64,000 nt of DNA from NCBI GenBank assembly GCA_963662285.2, contig CAXXMV010000008.1:576001-640000 (forward strand), read 5' to 3'. Shown piece by piece: positions 52,075 to 62,199 of the stretch; positions within the stretch are counted from its first letter, which is position 1; every line of letters begins with the position of its first letter. The notes under the pieces were generated by a model. It did not search any database and was not told the DNA's origin. It worked only from the letters and a program-made list of their open reading frames with translations. This stretch comes from a bacterium. GTDB taxonomy: Bacteria > Hinthialibacterota > Hinthialibacteria > Hinthialibacterales > Hinthialibacteraceae. A program made the position numbers and the translations under genes.

Positions 52075-53313
52075 TCAGTTCAATACCGTCGTTTTCAGCA
52101 CCGCCAAGGCTTCATCAAGATTATGCCCCCTGCTGGAGAGAATACGGAGAATAGTCTCTTCAACCACTTTATCCGGCGTTGAAGCTCCTGATGTGACGCC
52201 CACCGTCAACGGTCCATCGGGCAGCCAGTTTTTTGTTGTAATTTCTTCAGCATCGTTAGGTAGTTTATGGCGAATTTCAGTATTGGAGATGATGCAATCT
52301 GATTCACAAATATGAAATGTCGGGGCGAAGCGGGTTCCGATTTCTGAAAGATGGTTAGTGTTACTGCTGTTATAGCCGCCGACAACGATTATCAAATCCG
52401 GTTTTTTCTCTCCCAGTTCTATAATGGCATCCTGTCTTTCCTGCGTCGCGCTGCAAATGGTGTCGAAGGCGCGAAAATGATTTTCCAGGTTTTCTTCCCC
52501 ATAACGCACGGACATAACCTTTTGGATAATATTGGAAATATGCATCGACTCACTGCTCAGCATAGTGGTTTGATTGGCTATACCAACGCGCTGCAAATCT
52601 TTATCCGGATCAAATCCCGGACTGACGGCTTTATTGAAATGAGACAGGATGGATTCTTTACTACTATTTCCATAAATAAAATCACAAACTATTTCGGCTT
52701 CTTTCTCATCCCGGACAATTAAATAAGAACCGTTGAAATTTAATGCGCGCGAACTGGTTGCTATGGTCTCTTCGTGATAGTACTTGCCATGAATCAGGGA
52801 AGTGAAATTATCCTTGGCGTTTCGCTCCACGCGCTTCCATACATTCATCACCGAGCCGCATGTTGTATCAACTAAGGTACAGCCGATCTTCAGCAGGCGA
52901 TCCATATCCTCAGCTGATGCGCCGAAAGCGGGAAGAATCACTACATCATCATTTTTAACTTCACTGAAATCACAGTTATCAGATCCGCCGCCGCTGAGAA
53001 AGCGAATGCCCATCTCTTTCAATTTACGGTTAACCCGTGGATTGTGGATAATCTCGGTAGTGATATAGATCATGCGGTCAGGAAATTTCATGCGCGTCTC
53101 ATAGGCGTAATCAACCGCCCGGTCCACGCCATAGCAAAAACCAAATTCTTTAGCCAACAGAATTTGTAAATTCTCAAAACGCAAGGTTGATCCATGTTCA
53201 CGCAGTGAATTAACCAGTTCGCTCTTATATTCCTGCGCTAAAGTTTCGGCCACATTATCCTTGAGGCCGAATCCTCTGCGATTTATTGCCATACGAGATT
53301 CACGATTAGGCAT
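52075..53313 (-). CDS. ispH: 4-hydroxy-3-methylbut-2-enyl diphosphate reductase
   Basis: FGFCYGVDRA; EIIHNP; DTTC; HEET; NQTT; DTICSATQERQ; SSNT; GASTP. Confidence 0.95.
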   Translation of the reverse strand: MPNRESRMAINRRGFGLKDNVAETLAQEYKSELVNSLREHGSTLRFENLQILLAKEFGFCYGVDRAVDYAYETRMKFPDRMIYITTEIIHNPRVNRKLKEMGIRFLSGGGSDNCDFSEVKNDDVVILPAFGASAEDMDRLLKIGCTLVDTTCGSVMNVWKRVERNAKDNFTSLIHGKYYHEETIATSSRALNFNGSYLIVRDEKEAEIVCDFIYGNSSKESILSHFNKAVSPGFDPDKDLQRVGIANQTTMLSSESMHISNIIQKVMSVRYGEENLENHFRAFDTICSATQERQDAIIELGEKKPDLIIVVGGYNSSNTNHLSEIGTRFAPTFHICESDCIISNTEIRHKLPNDAEEITTKNWLPDGPLTVGVTSGASTPDKVVEETILRILSSRGHNLDEALAVLKTTVLN

Positions 53314-53662
53314 TAAAAACTCCCGAAGATTAAGATTCATAGTAGTTTACCACCGGTATTGCGTAAAGCAACTCCAGGATTATCCTTTTAATCCGTGTTG
53401 AAAAAAGAGTTTTCATTCAGTATTCGATCTAAAACCAATATTGAAATAATTCTTTAATTTATCTGACGATCATGGAAATAATCTTATTCTTTTTATAGAA
53501 AAAACTGTTCTTGCATAGAAAAACGTAATGAGAGCCAAAAAGCAACGCATAAACCTTTGTATCAATATTATCTCTTCTATAGAAAAAAAAGAGCGTGAGA
53601 AAGTTAAAAAAATGTTATTTATTCATGAGAGGAAGCACTTATTGAGGAGCATACGGAATGTT

Positions 53663-55543
53663 TCAAATTTGCTTTAATTGCAGGGCAGTTTCATTGAATA
53701 ATTTTCCATTCATTTTCATCGCCCTCTGCATATCATTGAAGAAATCAGAACAGCGCTGGTAGGCCTCTTGATTGACTTGCGCTGAATCGCCTCCGAAAAG
53801 ACTGGATGGCCCTCCCTGCCCCAATATCAATAGCGTTGAACGGGAACAAAGAGTCGTGCAAAGATTGAAAGCCTTTTCTTCGTCCTTCAACATTTTAAAA
53901 AACGATTTCATCAGTTTAATCATATCATTTCTAAATGAAGTTGCTGCAGGATTGATTTCATTCAATTGTTCCATCAATCGATTAAAACCACGATTGGCTC
54001 GTTGACAGGCCTCTGACAAAATTTTTAAATCATTGCATAGACTTAAATGTTTATACCCTAAATCCGGCTTGAGGCTGCTTGCAAGAAATGCAGCATCCAC
54101 AGTGTACTTACAATATTGCGTCAAAATATCATTAATATCCACATAAGGAGCGCCTTCAATACGCGCTCCCTTGAGAGAGGTATTATAAACCGGCGCTGCG
54201 CATCCTTTAATCAATTCTGTAAATGTATCCAGGTAGTGTTTATAAAGTCCACTGGTCTGCACTATCCCGTCATTATTAGACGTCACTGATAACAATAGTT
54301 CGCTTTCACGCTCCGGTTGATCAAGTTTATTCTGCATCGCTCCATCGGAATACCATTTTTCATCTGGAAAAGCCAGATCATTGCCGATGAGGATTATGGG
54401 GCTGCATCCCATCATCCGTGCGGCATGCATGGCGATATGCGCAGTTGATCCATAAGAGACAAGGCCGCCCACTGATCCAAACCCATCCAGCGACCGCAGA
54501 ATCTGAGTAGCGCCCGGAGCAAAATTTACTGCACCGCAATGATCATAGAAAAAAGTGCGCCCCCGGTAACGTTCTGATATGGAAGGATCAATTCCTGGAA
54601 AAGCCAGCAGGATCGTTTTATCATTTTCAATGGTCTCGAAATGCCGGGCATTCAGTTCAGTAAAATCAAGACTAACGACCAGGTCGGATGAGACGCCATT
54701 ATTCAACAAGATGGGATGCGCGGTATCGATGGTGATCCAAAGCGCCCTATCTCTATAAGCGGTAATCTGCGGCAACGCATCTTGCAGGCTTGGACCGGGA
54801 GCGATAATAAACGCCGGAACTCCAACCGCCGCACTATGCAGCCGGTTAAAAGGCGCCCCTTGCAGCATGAAACGCAGATTAGTCAGCACATTAGATAGTA
54901 TGGTCTTGCCCTGAATTTCAGTCGTCTTAAATTTCAATGCTTCAGTTTGAATAGATAGATTGATAGCCGAACTTAATTGCTGGATATATCCGGCGTACAA
55001 ACCTTTGGCGACATTACTCAAAGCCATCTGGATGCCCTGCCCCCGCATACGGTGACAATTTGATCCACTGAATAAAAGACGGGCAACCTGCTCTTCCGGC
55101 AATCTTACCGCAAAACGCACCCGTGAAGCTGATATTAGTTTAGTAAAATCCATGACATGTAAAGCGGCGGCGAACAAGTCGATATCCGGTTCGACGATCC
55201 ATATTGATGTATCATTATCCGACAGTTCAAAAAGAGCCATTGGATAATAACCGGCGCCGAAACCCAATAACAGAACATGGGCGTTTCTGTGAAATCCCTC
55301 ACCCAGATTTCTAATCCATTGCTCCGCTTCCAACCTGGGCTTTTCAGTATGACACAGCGCCGCCATTTGCCCTGATTCCAGCACAATACCAAGCAGCGGC
55401 GAACCATCAACAGCACGCGATTCAACAAACCGTTGCGACGCTGGCAGACATTTCAACTGACGGGCGAGTTCCGGTTCGCGTTGTTCAAGCGCTTCCAGAT
55501 TGCGCCGCCAATAAGTTTGGTTATTATATGGACTTGTTACCAT
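53663..55543 (-). CDS. Second Maf/DUF115 glycosyltransferase-family protein
   Basis: GFGAGY; APGPSL; IDTA; STAH; LIGNDLAF; YNTS..GARIEG. Confidence 0.8.
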   Translation of the reverse strand: MVTSPYNNQTYWRRNLEALEQREPELARQLKCLPASQRFVESRAVDGSPLLGIVLESGQMAALCHTEKPRLEAEQWIRNLGEGFHRNAHVLLLGFGAGYYPMALFELSDNDTSIWIVEPDIDLFAAALHVMDFTKLISASRVRFAVRLPEEQVARLLFSGSNCHRMRGQGIQMALSNVAKGLYAGYIQQLSSAINLSIQTEALKFKTTEIQGKTILSNVLTNLRFMLQGAPFNRLHSAAVGVPAFIIAPGPSLQDALPQITAYRDRALWITIDTAHPILLNNGVSSDLVVSLDFTELNARHFETIENDKTILLAFPGIDPSISERYRGRTFFYDHCGAVNFAPGATQILRSLDGFGSVGGLVSYGSTAHIAMHAARMMGCSPIILIGNDLAFPDEKWYSDGAMQNKLDQPERESELLLSVTSNNDGIVQTSGLYKHYLDTFTELIKGCAAPVYNTSLKGARIEGAPYVDINDILTQYCKYTVDAAFLASSLKPDLGYKHLSLCNDLKILSEACQRANRGFNRLMEQLNEINPAATSFRNDMIKLMKSFFKMLKDEEKAFNLCTTLCSRSTLLILGQGGPSSLFGGDSAQVNQEAYQRCSDFFNDMQRAMKMNGKLFNETALQLKQI

Positions 55544-55652
55544 TGCTATTCATCCTATGATTCAATCATACTACAGCTGCCTGGAGTAACAAACAGACCG
55601 AATTAATATATGGTAATTAAATCCTACAATACAAAAAAATATATCGGGAACC

Positions 55653-56771
55653 ATGCGCATATTAGTCATAGATAAAACCGCCGGATTGGAATCATCCCAC
55701 CAACGGCATCAAGCTTTAGCACAGCAGCCTGACGTCAAACTGCATGTTCTTGGTCCGCGTCATTGGATAGAGAGCGGCCGGGATATCAGATGGAATCCGG
55801 TTGATTGTAATTATCACATCCATTCCGGCAAAGTTTTTTATAAGGATTATTACGCCAGAGCCGGTTATTACTCTGGCTTATGCCGCGCAATCGCAAGCGC
55901 TAAGCCGGATATAATCCAGCTGCTGGAAGAACCTTGGTCTATTTCCGCCCTCCAAACAATACTGGCCGCCTCTGTTTTTGCTCCGAATGCGCACATTCTG
56001 TTTTATACCTGGGAAAATATATACCGCGATTGGACTTATCCCGCCCGCGCATCTAGGCTTTACGCCATGATCGATAAATTCTCCCATAGGCGGTCTACCG
56101 CCGCAGTCTGCGCAACCAGGAGCGCTGAAGATGTCTTACAGAAAAAGGGATACTCCAAAAAAACCGCCGTCATCCCATACGGTATACCGGATTATTTCCT
56201 CGATGACGCAGAGCCTGTAACCAGTAATAAACGCCCGTTCACCTTGGGTTATATCGGTAGAATAATACACATGAAAGGCATTGATTTACTGCTTGAAGCC
56301 GTAAAATCGATCCCTGATGCGCGACTGATTATAGTAGGCTCTGGCGAAGATGAGGAACAATATAAACAGTGGTCTCTTAACAATGGAATCCAAGACCGCG
56401 TCGAATGGCGTTCACCAGTTACCGAACATCAGGTGCCAGCATTGATGGATCAATTCGACGCTTTCGTGCTGCCCTCGCGCAGTACGCCGGGTTGGATGGA
56501 GCAACTGGGACGCTGCGCCATAGAAGCCATGGCGCGTCGAATCCCGGTCATTGGTTCAACCTCAGGCGCCATCCCGGAAGTTATTGGAGAGGCTGGCTTA
56601 TTGTTTGATGAAGGCTCGGTTAAATCGCTTATAGAACAAGTATGGCATATACGCAATAACGAAAACCTACGGCATGAGTTGGGACAAAAAGGCCGCGACA
56701 GAGTTCAACAGCGATTTACCTGGGAATGTTTCGCCAGTAATATCTGTGACTTTTACAGGACTCTTACATGA
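55653..56771 (+). CDS. GT4 glycosyltransferase
   Basis: GYIGRII..KGIDLL; VLPS....EQLGRCAIEAMA...PVIGS..GAIPEV. Confidence 0.9.
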   Translation: MRILVIDKTAGLESSHQRHQALAQQPDVKLHVLGPRHWIESGRDIRWNPVDCNYHIHSGKVFYKDYYARAGYYSGLCRAIASAKPDIIQLLEEPWSISALQTILAASVFAPNAHILFYTWENIYRDWTYPARASRLYAMIDKFSHRRSTAAVCATRSAEDVLQKKGYSKKTAVIPYGIPDYFLDDAEPVTSNKRPFTLGYIGRIIHMKGIDLLLEAVKSIPDARLIIVGSGEDEEQYKQWSLNNGIQDRVEWRSPVTEHQVPALMDQFDAFVLPSRSTPGWMEQLGRCAIEAMARRIPVIGSTSGAIPEVIGEAGLLFDEGSVKSLIEQVWHIRNNENLRHELGQKGRDRVQQRFTWECFASNICDFYRTLT

Positions 56772-58216
56772 ACCAAACCAATTCTGATTCGGGCATCGGA
56801 TCGCGTATAACCCGCTTTGGAGCGATTCTGACTGTCAGCGGCGTCTTATGCAAGTTGCTACTGCTGGTCTATACCGTGATGGCGATGGATATCCTCGGCC
56901 CGGAACAGTTCGGGCGCATCGAGTATTTTATCGAGATGGCCATCATCTTCAGCGTGCTGGTTGATTTTGGACTGGAACAGACCGTCACCCGCGAAATCGC
57001 CCGGCGCCGTGATGACTTGCAGAAAGTTCTTTATCCACTGCTGGCCTTCCGCTTCACCGCATCAATTCTAGGCGCGGTAGTGATGACCATTTTCATGCGC
57101 ACCTTAGCCCAGCCGGGTCATACCTGGCCGCTGTTGCTCTGTTCGTTAACCTATTTCATCACCATAACCAACGTCATGTTGATCCGGGCCATAATGCGCA
57201 GTTTTGAATTGATGGCCTATGAAGGTTTAGCCAATATACTTGATAAGATTATCCATATCGGATTAGCGGTGCTGATCCTCCTGACGCTGCCCAGATTGCC
57301 GCTGATAGCGCTGTGCTATACTGCCGGATCACTAACCACTCTGGCTGTATCTTTCTACATTATTATTTCCCGCTATGGCATTCAATATACCAAATATTCA
57401 ATCAAAGACTGGATCGACTGGCAAAAACTGGCGCTTCCTCTCGGCTTATCAGCAGCCTGCATTCTGCTGCTGCACCGCGAAGACACCGCTATGGTAAACT
57501 GGATGTGCGGCGACGAAGAGACCGGGCTGTACCGCTATCCCTACCGCTTCCTTGAAGGATTATTCCTGCTGCCCCAGGTTATCGCCATCTCGGCCTACCC
57601 GATATTTTCCAAGTTATTTCACGAAAACCGCCCCTTCCAACAGACCGCCGTCGACCTGCTGCGCGGTCTTATGATTGTAAGCCTGCCCATCGCCGCAGGA
57701 GGAACCTACATCGCTCTCGACATGATCCACTGGTTTGAACCGGATTTGGGGATTAAAAGCGGCAGGATATTTCAATTGCTGCTATGGTCGCTGCCCTTCA
57801 TATACGCCAACTTTTTATTGGGAACCATATTAAACGCCACTGACCGACAACACCTCAACGTCCGTGCCAGCGCATGGGGATTGCTGAGCAACGCCGTCTT
57901 CAATATTCCAGCCATATACTTTTACGGCGCCTACGGGGCATCGGTGGTCACCGTCCTGTCGCAAGGACTTTATTGCCTGATCATGCAGGGATACACACGC
58001 GATTTCCAACTGATCCAGGGATTAAAGCGCTACGCCGCCATCATCGGCGCCTGCCTCATAATGTACGGGGGATTAACCTATCTCAATCTACACTGGTACT
58101 GGTCAATACCTACAGGCATAATTATCTACGCCGCCGCCCTGATCCTGCTAAGGGGAGTCTCGCAAAAAGACATCAATAACCTGATTAAGATTGGATTCAA
58201 AAAGAGCGCAAAATAA
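56768..58216 (+). CDS. Wzx-like polysaccharide flippase
   Basis: LGPEQFG; DFGL....REIAR; about 12-14 TMs; ATGA overlap with GT4. Confidence 0.88.
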   Translation: MNQTNSDSGIGSRITRFGAILTVSGVLCKLLLLVYTVMAMDILGPEQFGRIEYFIEMAIIFSVLVDFGLEQTVTREIARRRDDLQKVLYPLLAFRFTASILGAVVMTIFMRTLAQPGHTWPLLLCSLTYFITITNVMLIRAIMRSFELMAYEGLANILDKIIHIGLAVLILLTLPRLPLIALCYTAGSLTTLAVSFYIIISRYGIQYTKYSIKDWIDWQKLALPLGLSAACILLLHREDTAMVNWMCGDEETGLYRYPYRFLEGLFLLPQVIAISAYPIFSKLFHENRPFQQTAVDLLRGLMIVSLPIAAGGTYIALDMIHWFEPDLGIKSGRIFQLLLWSLPFIYANFLLGTILNATDRQHLNVRASAWGLLSNAVFNIPAIYFYGAYGASVVTVLSQGLYCLIMQGYTRDFQLIQGLKRYAAIIGACLIMYGGLTYLNLHWYWSIPTGIIIYAAALILLRGVSQKDINNLIKIGFKKSAK

Positions 58217-58536
58217 GCTTGGGGGATATAACTCGACAATTATATTTCTGCAAGATATAACCAAAAATGCTTACTTCATTATAGTAATAGTCATAGAAAT
58301 AAGTAGATGTCGGCAACGCCGCCGCTGTCACGAATAATGACAAATGCATTGGCGCTGCCTGTAGCATCCGAGGCCGGGATATTTATCAGGTACCCGGATG
58401 TATGAATTGTTGTTGTATAGATGTTTTCATAATAACATTCTGATTTGCGATTCCAAGACCAATCCTCGCACCCTTATTGCACATTAAAACTGTTAACCTA
58501 TCGACCATTAAAAAACTCATATAGTTTAAATAATTA

Positions 58537-59037
58537 TCAAATATCCCGGCGCAAGTCTTCTAGATTAGTTTTAAATTCTTCAAACAGAATAAACTTGTAA
58601 CCAGAATACTTTTCGGATTTCTGTATATCTGTTTTAGGTTCTTGAGAAAAACTACTGGAAATCATTTGAAACAACGAATTCTTTTTGATGACAGCATCTG
58701 GAATTTTGATATAGCATTCACCATTTATCGGATCATGAATAATAGGCAGCACAAAATCATCCCCCGACAATTCTAAGCCTCCCTTCAGCGAGAAGGCCAC
58801 CACCTCCCGTTGAGACCTAAATCCAAACCTAACCGTCCTCTTCAAACAAGTTGGTTCGATAACAACCATATTCATATTATCCAAATCACCAAATAGAGCC
58901 TGCTTGGTCTTAAAACTGTAATAACTATCGCTATCTTCCTCCCGCCGTGAACATACTGTGCCATAAGCAATCCATTTCGATTGCATCATCAAGTCAACAA
59001 TAGACAAAGAAGATTTTTCATCGTATATTTCATCCAT
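58537..59037 (-). CDS. Hypothetical protein
   Basis: 166-aa ORF with AAGGAGG RBS. Confidence 0.55.
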   Translation of the reverse strand: MDEIYDEKSSLSIVDLMMQSKWIAYGTVCSRREEDSDSYYSFKTKQALFGDLDNMNMVVIEPTCLKRTVRFGFRSQREVVAFSLKGGLELSGDDFVLPIIHDPINGECYIKIPDAVIKKNSLFQMISSSFSQEPKTDIQKSEKYSGYKFILFEEFKTNLEDLRRDI

Positions 59038-59433
59038 ATATAATGCCCTCCTTCACAAAGAATTTATCCCCCAGCCACACAAATAGAAATTGTCTTAACT
59101 TATTTGTCATAAATAAATCAAAGTGAAGAAAACAATAACAAAAGAATAAAAAAACTTATCTTTCGTATTTTAGTAAAATACAAAAGATTCCTCAATAATC
59201 GCAAATACCTATTTTTGTAAGTATAATTACCTACAAATGTTAGGTGCTTAATAGCAATCAAATGGGGAGTAAAATAAGTTACAACACTATAAAAAGTAGA
59301 TATTGAGAACCAGCAAGAAAATTTGAAATAACTGTAATTAGAGCGATTTTCAAAAAAATGTTCGTTTATGATAACTTTTGATCTTCGAAAAAGCCAATCA
59401 GAACATTGTTATGACAACTACTCTAGAATTATT

Positions 59434-60066
59434 TCATGATTTATACATCCGTGAAATCGCAAGTTTTATAAGATCAGAAAGAGAATCCACATTCATTTTT
59501 GTTTTGATGCGCTCGAAGTGGCTGCCAACCGTTTTAACGCTCATACAAAGTTTTTCGGCTATCTGTCCGCGCCTAAATCCAAGCGATAGCAATTCGAATA
59601 TCTCCATCTCCCGTTGGCTAAGCAATTTTTCCTCTGGTGATGATGAATAGCGCTTTTCAATTATGGTATTAGCCAGTTCACCGCTAAGGTAAATTTTCCC
59701 TTTCAGCACCTGACGAATAGCTTCGGGTAATAATTTAATAGAGTCGCTTTTTAAGAAATATCCTCTAGCTCCATCCCTTAGCGATTGTTCGACATAAACC
59801 GCCTCATCATGCATAGAAAGGATCATCACCGGGATAGGATTTTCGCTATGACTTAACTCACTAAGAAAATCAAGTCCGCTCTCATTATCTTTTGAAAGGG
59901 GAAGGTCAAGAATGATTATATCAGGTCTTTTTATTTTTAATGCTTTGCGAACAGTAAACAAGTTGTCAGCATCACCACATACCGAGAAGTCTTCTTCTTC
60001 TTCAAGGATTTTGATCAAACCTTCCCGAACTACTGAATGATCATCCACTACAAAAACATCTACCAT
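59434..60066 (-). CDS. NarL/LuxR-family response regulator
   Basis: VVDDHSVVREG; IILD; LSMH; LSQREMEIF..IAEKL..S.KTV..H; GGAGG RBS before ATG 60066. Confidence 0.93.
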   Translation of the reverse strand: MVDVFVVDDHSVVREGLIKILEEEEDFSVCGDADNLFTVRKALKIKRPDIIILDLPLSKDNESGLDFLSELSHSENPIPVMILSMHDEAVYVEQSLRDGARGYFLKSDSIKLLPEAIRQVLKGKIYLSGELANTIIEKRYSSSPEEKLLSQREMEIFELLSLGFRRGQIAEKLCMSVKTVGSHFERIKTKMNVDSLSDLIKLAISRMYKS

Positions 60067-60296
60067 ATTAGCCCCCTCCCCCCCCACAAATAGTTGAGAA
60101 CTATCCTGGATTAATGGTACAAAGAAAACCTCAACGCTACAAGTGTTAATATACAACACAATTAATTTCTTAATATTTAATTTCACATACTTTTCATCAA
60201 AAAATGCACCCAGCGCAAAATTGAATCATATAAAAACAGCCTCTATATATCTGTTTAGATTCAGGAGAAAAACTACTAGAAATCATTTGAAGCAAA

Positions 60297-60328
60297 GAGA
60301 GCCTACTTTCCACCGAAAGTAGGCTCTC
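60297..60328 (-). terminator. Hairpin terminator
   Basis: GAGAGCCTACTTTC-CACC-GAAAGTAGGCTCTC downstream of the 60380 gene. Confidence 0.75.
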
Positions 60329-60379
60329 GTTTTAATTTTATAATAATCAGATTTTTCAGTTGTAAACGGCGCCGCTCGT

Positions 60380-61816
60380 CTAGACTTCCTCGACGACTTT
60401 CATACCCATCAACCGGGATAGGTGATAAAGGTTATCCATGTGGTCTCCGTAGAATACCACCCGGTGCAGCAGGGTCATGGCATCCTCCGTCTCAAGGACG
60501 CTGCTCCAGTTGGCGGCCATCTTCTTCGCGTCGCGAACTTCGGTGACGATCTGGGTGCGACAACCGTGAACCGACTTTTCTGGAACTTCGATAATCTTGC
60601 CTGTAGAAGCGAGTATGGTATCCAGGTTGACCAGTTTGGTGCGGGTGATGGTTTCTCCAAGACGGTATTGAACCTCAGGAACGCAGCCGCTTCCACTGAC
60701 CTCGGAATGCCCGCGCAGCAGGTAGGGCGCTTCTTTGCCATCCTTGCCGTCCATTTTCAGAGGCGCCGTGCAATGGGCGGTCCAGAGAGCGTTACGGGAT
60801 GTGTCAAACGTGGCGTTGCCCTGGAATCCAGGTTGATCGATTGCGTATTGGAATAGGAGCATGGTCAACAATGAGTCCATATCACCTTCACATGCAGCAG
60901 GGATGCCGTTGTCGCGCAGGCGGGTAAATCCCAGGCAGGGGAATCCTTTTGATAACCATCCCATACAGGTTCCAATGGCTAACCCTTGGGCTTTTTCCTG
61001 CTCAACGAGGTTCTGCAGCGCAATACTAACGCGGGCAGCCTTCCTGATGTCCTCTTTATCTGGCTCTATGATTTCCTTCGCGTTATTGGTCCAGCGGTCA
61101 ATTTCGGCTTGAACATCATTGTCTTTAGCTTCGGCGATCTTGTCACTGAAAGCCTTCTCTTCGATGGCCACCACATCGGCCCCTAAAAACTGCTTTATTT
61201 TATCGGGAGACTTTGCGGGCGTAGTACCCTGAGCTGGTGGAAAGAGTAGAATTCGAGTCTGCTGCATCATAGGAATAACTCTCAGCAGACGCAGGGCGCG
61301 TTCGAGTTCACTGTTGTAGTCGCTGCTGGAAAGAAGAGTGACGCGATGTCCCTGATGATGCCAACGGGGAGCATACATCCAATCGTGACCGCTGGCCGGC
61401 AGAGAGTATACCGCCAGGGGATGAGCGCCATCAAGAATGGGCTGCACCACTCTTGTTAAAGCAAAGTTTTGTACGTTGATCGCAAGAACCGGCGCCTTCG
61501 GCCCGGCTTTCTTCAATATATCCGCTGTTTGCTCAGCGCTGCTCGATTGCCCCACTATTAATTCAATGTTTCCCAGTTTCTTTTCCACTTTGGTTAGGCG
61601 CTTTTTCATTGCTTCTACCTGAATTGCGCCGACTCCCCAATTACGGTCCTCAGATACAGGCGTTCCCGTAATGATTACGCAAATCCGACACTTTTCCCGG
61701 CGTGGAGTAGGCGCTGACTGCGAATATCCCATCTGCGCCCAGGATGCATTGGCGAGCAACATTCCACCAGTCACTCCTGTTCCCAAAAATGCCCTTCTAT
61801 TACAGTGTTCACACAT
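60380..61816 (-). CDS. Tat-exported L-fucose/L-arabinose isomerase-like protein
   Basis: NRRAFL; PCLGF...G.PAACEGD; AHC; GCRTQ; HRVVFYGDH. Confidence 0.7.
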   Translation of the reverse strand: MCEHCNRRAFLGTGVTGGMLLANASWAQMGYSQSAPTPRREKCRICVIITGTPVSEDRNWGVGAIQVEAMKKRLTKVEKKLGNIELIVGQSSSAEQTADILKKAGPKAPVLAINVQNFALTRVVQPILDGAHPLAVYSLPASGHDWMYAPRWHHQGHRVTLLSSSDYNSELERALRLLRVIPMMQQTRILLFPPAQGTTPAKSPDKIKQFLGADVVAIEEKAFSDKIAEAKDNDVQAEIDRWTNNAKEIIEPDKEDIRKAARVSIALQNLVEQEKAQGLAIGTCMGWLSKGFPCLGFTRLRDNGIPAACEGDMDSLLTMLLFQYAIDQPGFQGNATFDTSRNALWTAHCTAPLKMDGKDGKEAPYLLRGHSEVSGSGCVPEVQYRLGETITRTKLVNLDTILASTGKIIEVPEKSVHGCRTQIVTEVRDAKKMAANWSSVLETEDAMTLLHRVVFYGDHMDNLYHLSRLMGMKVVEEV

Positions 61817-62199
61817 AGCGATAGCCTCCAAGTGATAAATGTATTTCCCATTCATATTGATAAATGAACCAGTTTGTAAATTTCAACTTATTCTATCACA
61901 CCTGAATACTATATATCTAGCGAATATTTGGAAAATCATATGTTTTTGTTTAATTTCGAGAAACTTCGTTTAGTATGAATTTTCGTAACAGTTTAACCAC
62001 ATGAAGTTATAAAATAATAATTATGCTTTATATAAAGCGTTTAGGCTAAGATTCTCCCCCCAAGTTTGGGGGGAGTTAGAGGGGGGTTGCGCTTCGACGA
62101 ATCAACCCCCACCTAACCTCCCCCAGGCTTGGGGGAGGGATACGCGCTTCAATGGGCTGACATATTACGAATTCGCCTTGTTTCCCGGCTATAAATATT

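Noticed and set aside
58290-58480. Open minus-strand frame (YENIYTTTIHTSGYLINIPASDATG...)
   Set aside because: No in-frame start or RBS; possibly a gene remnant but not supportable
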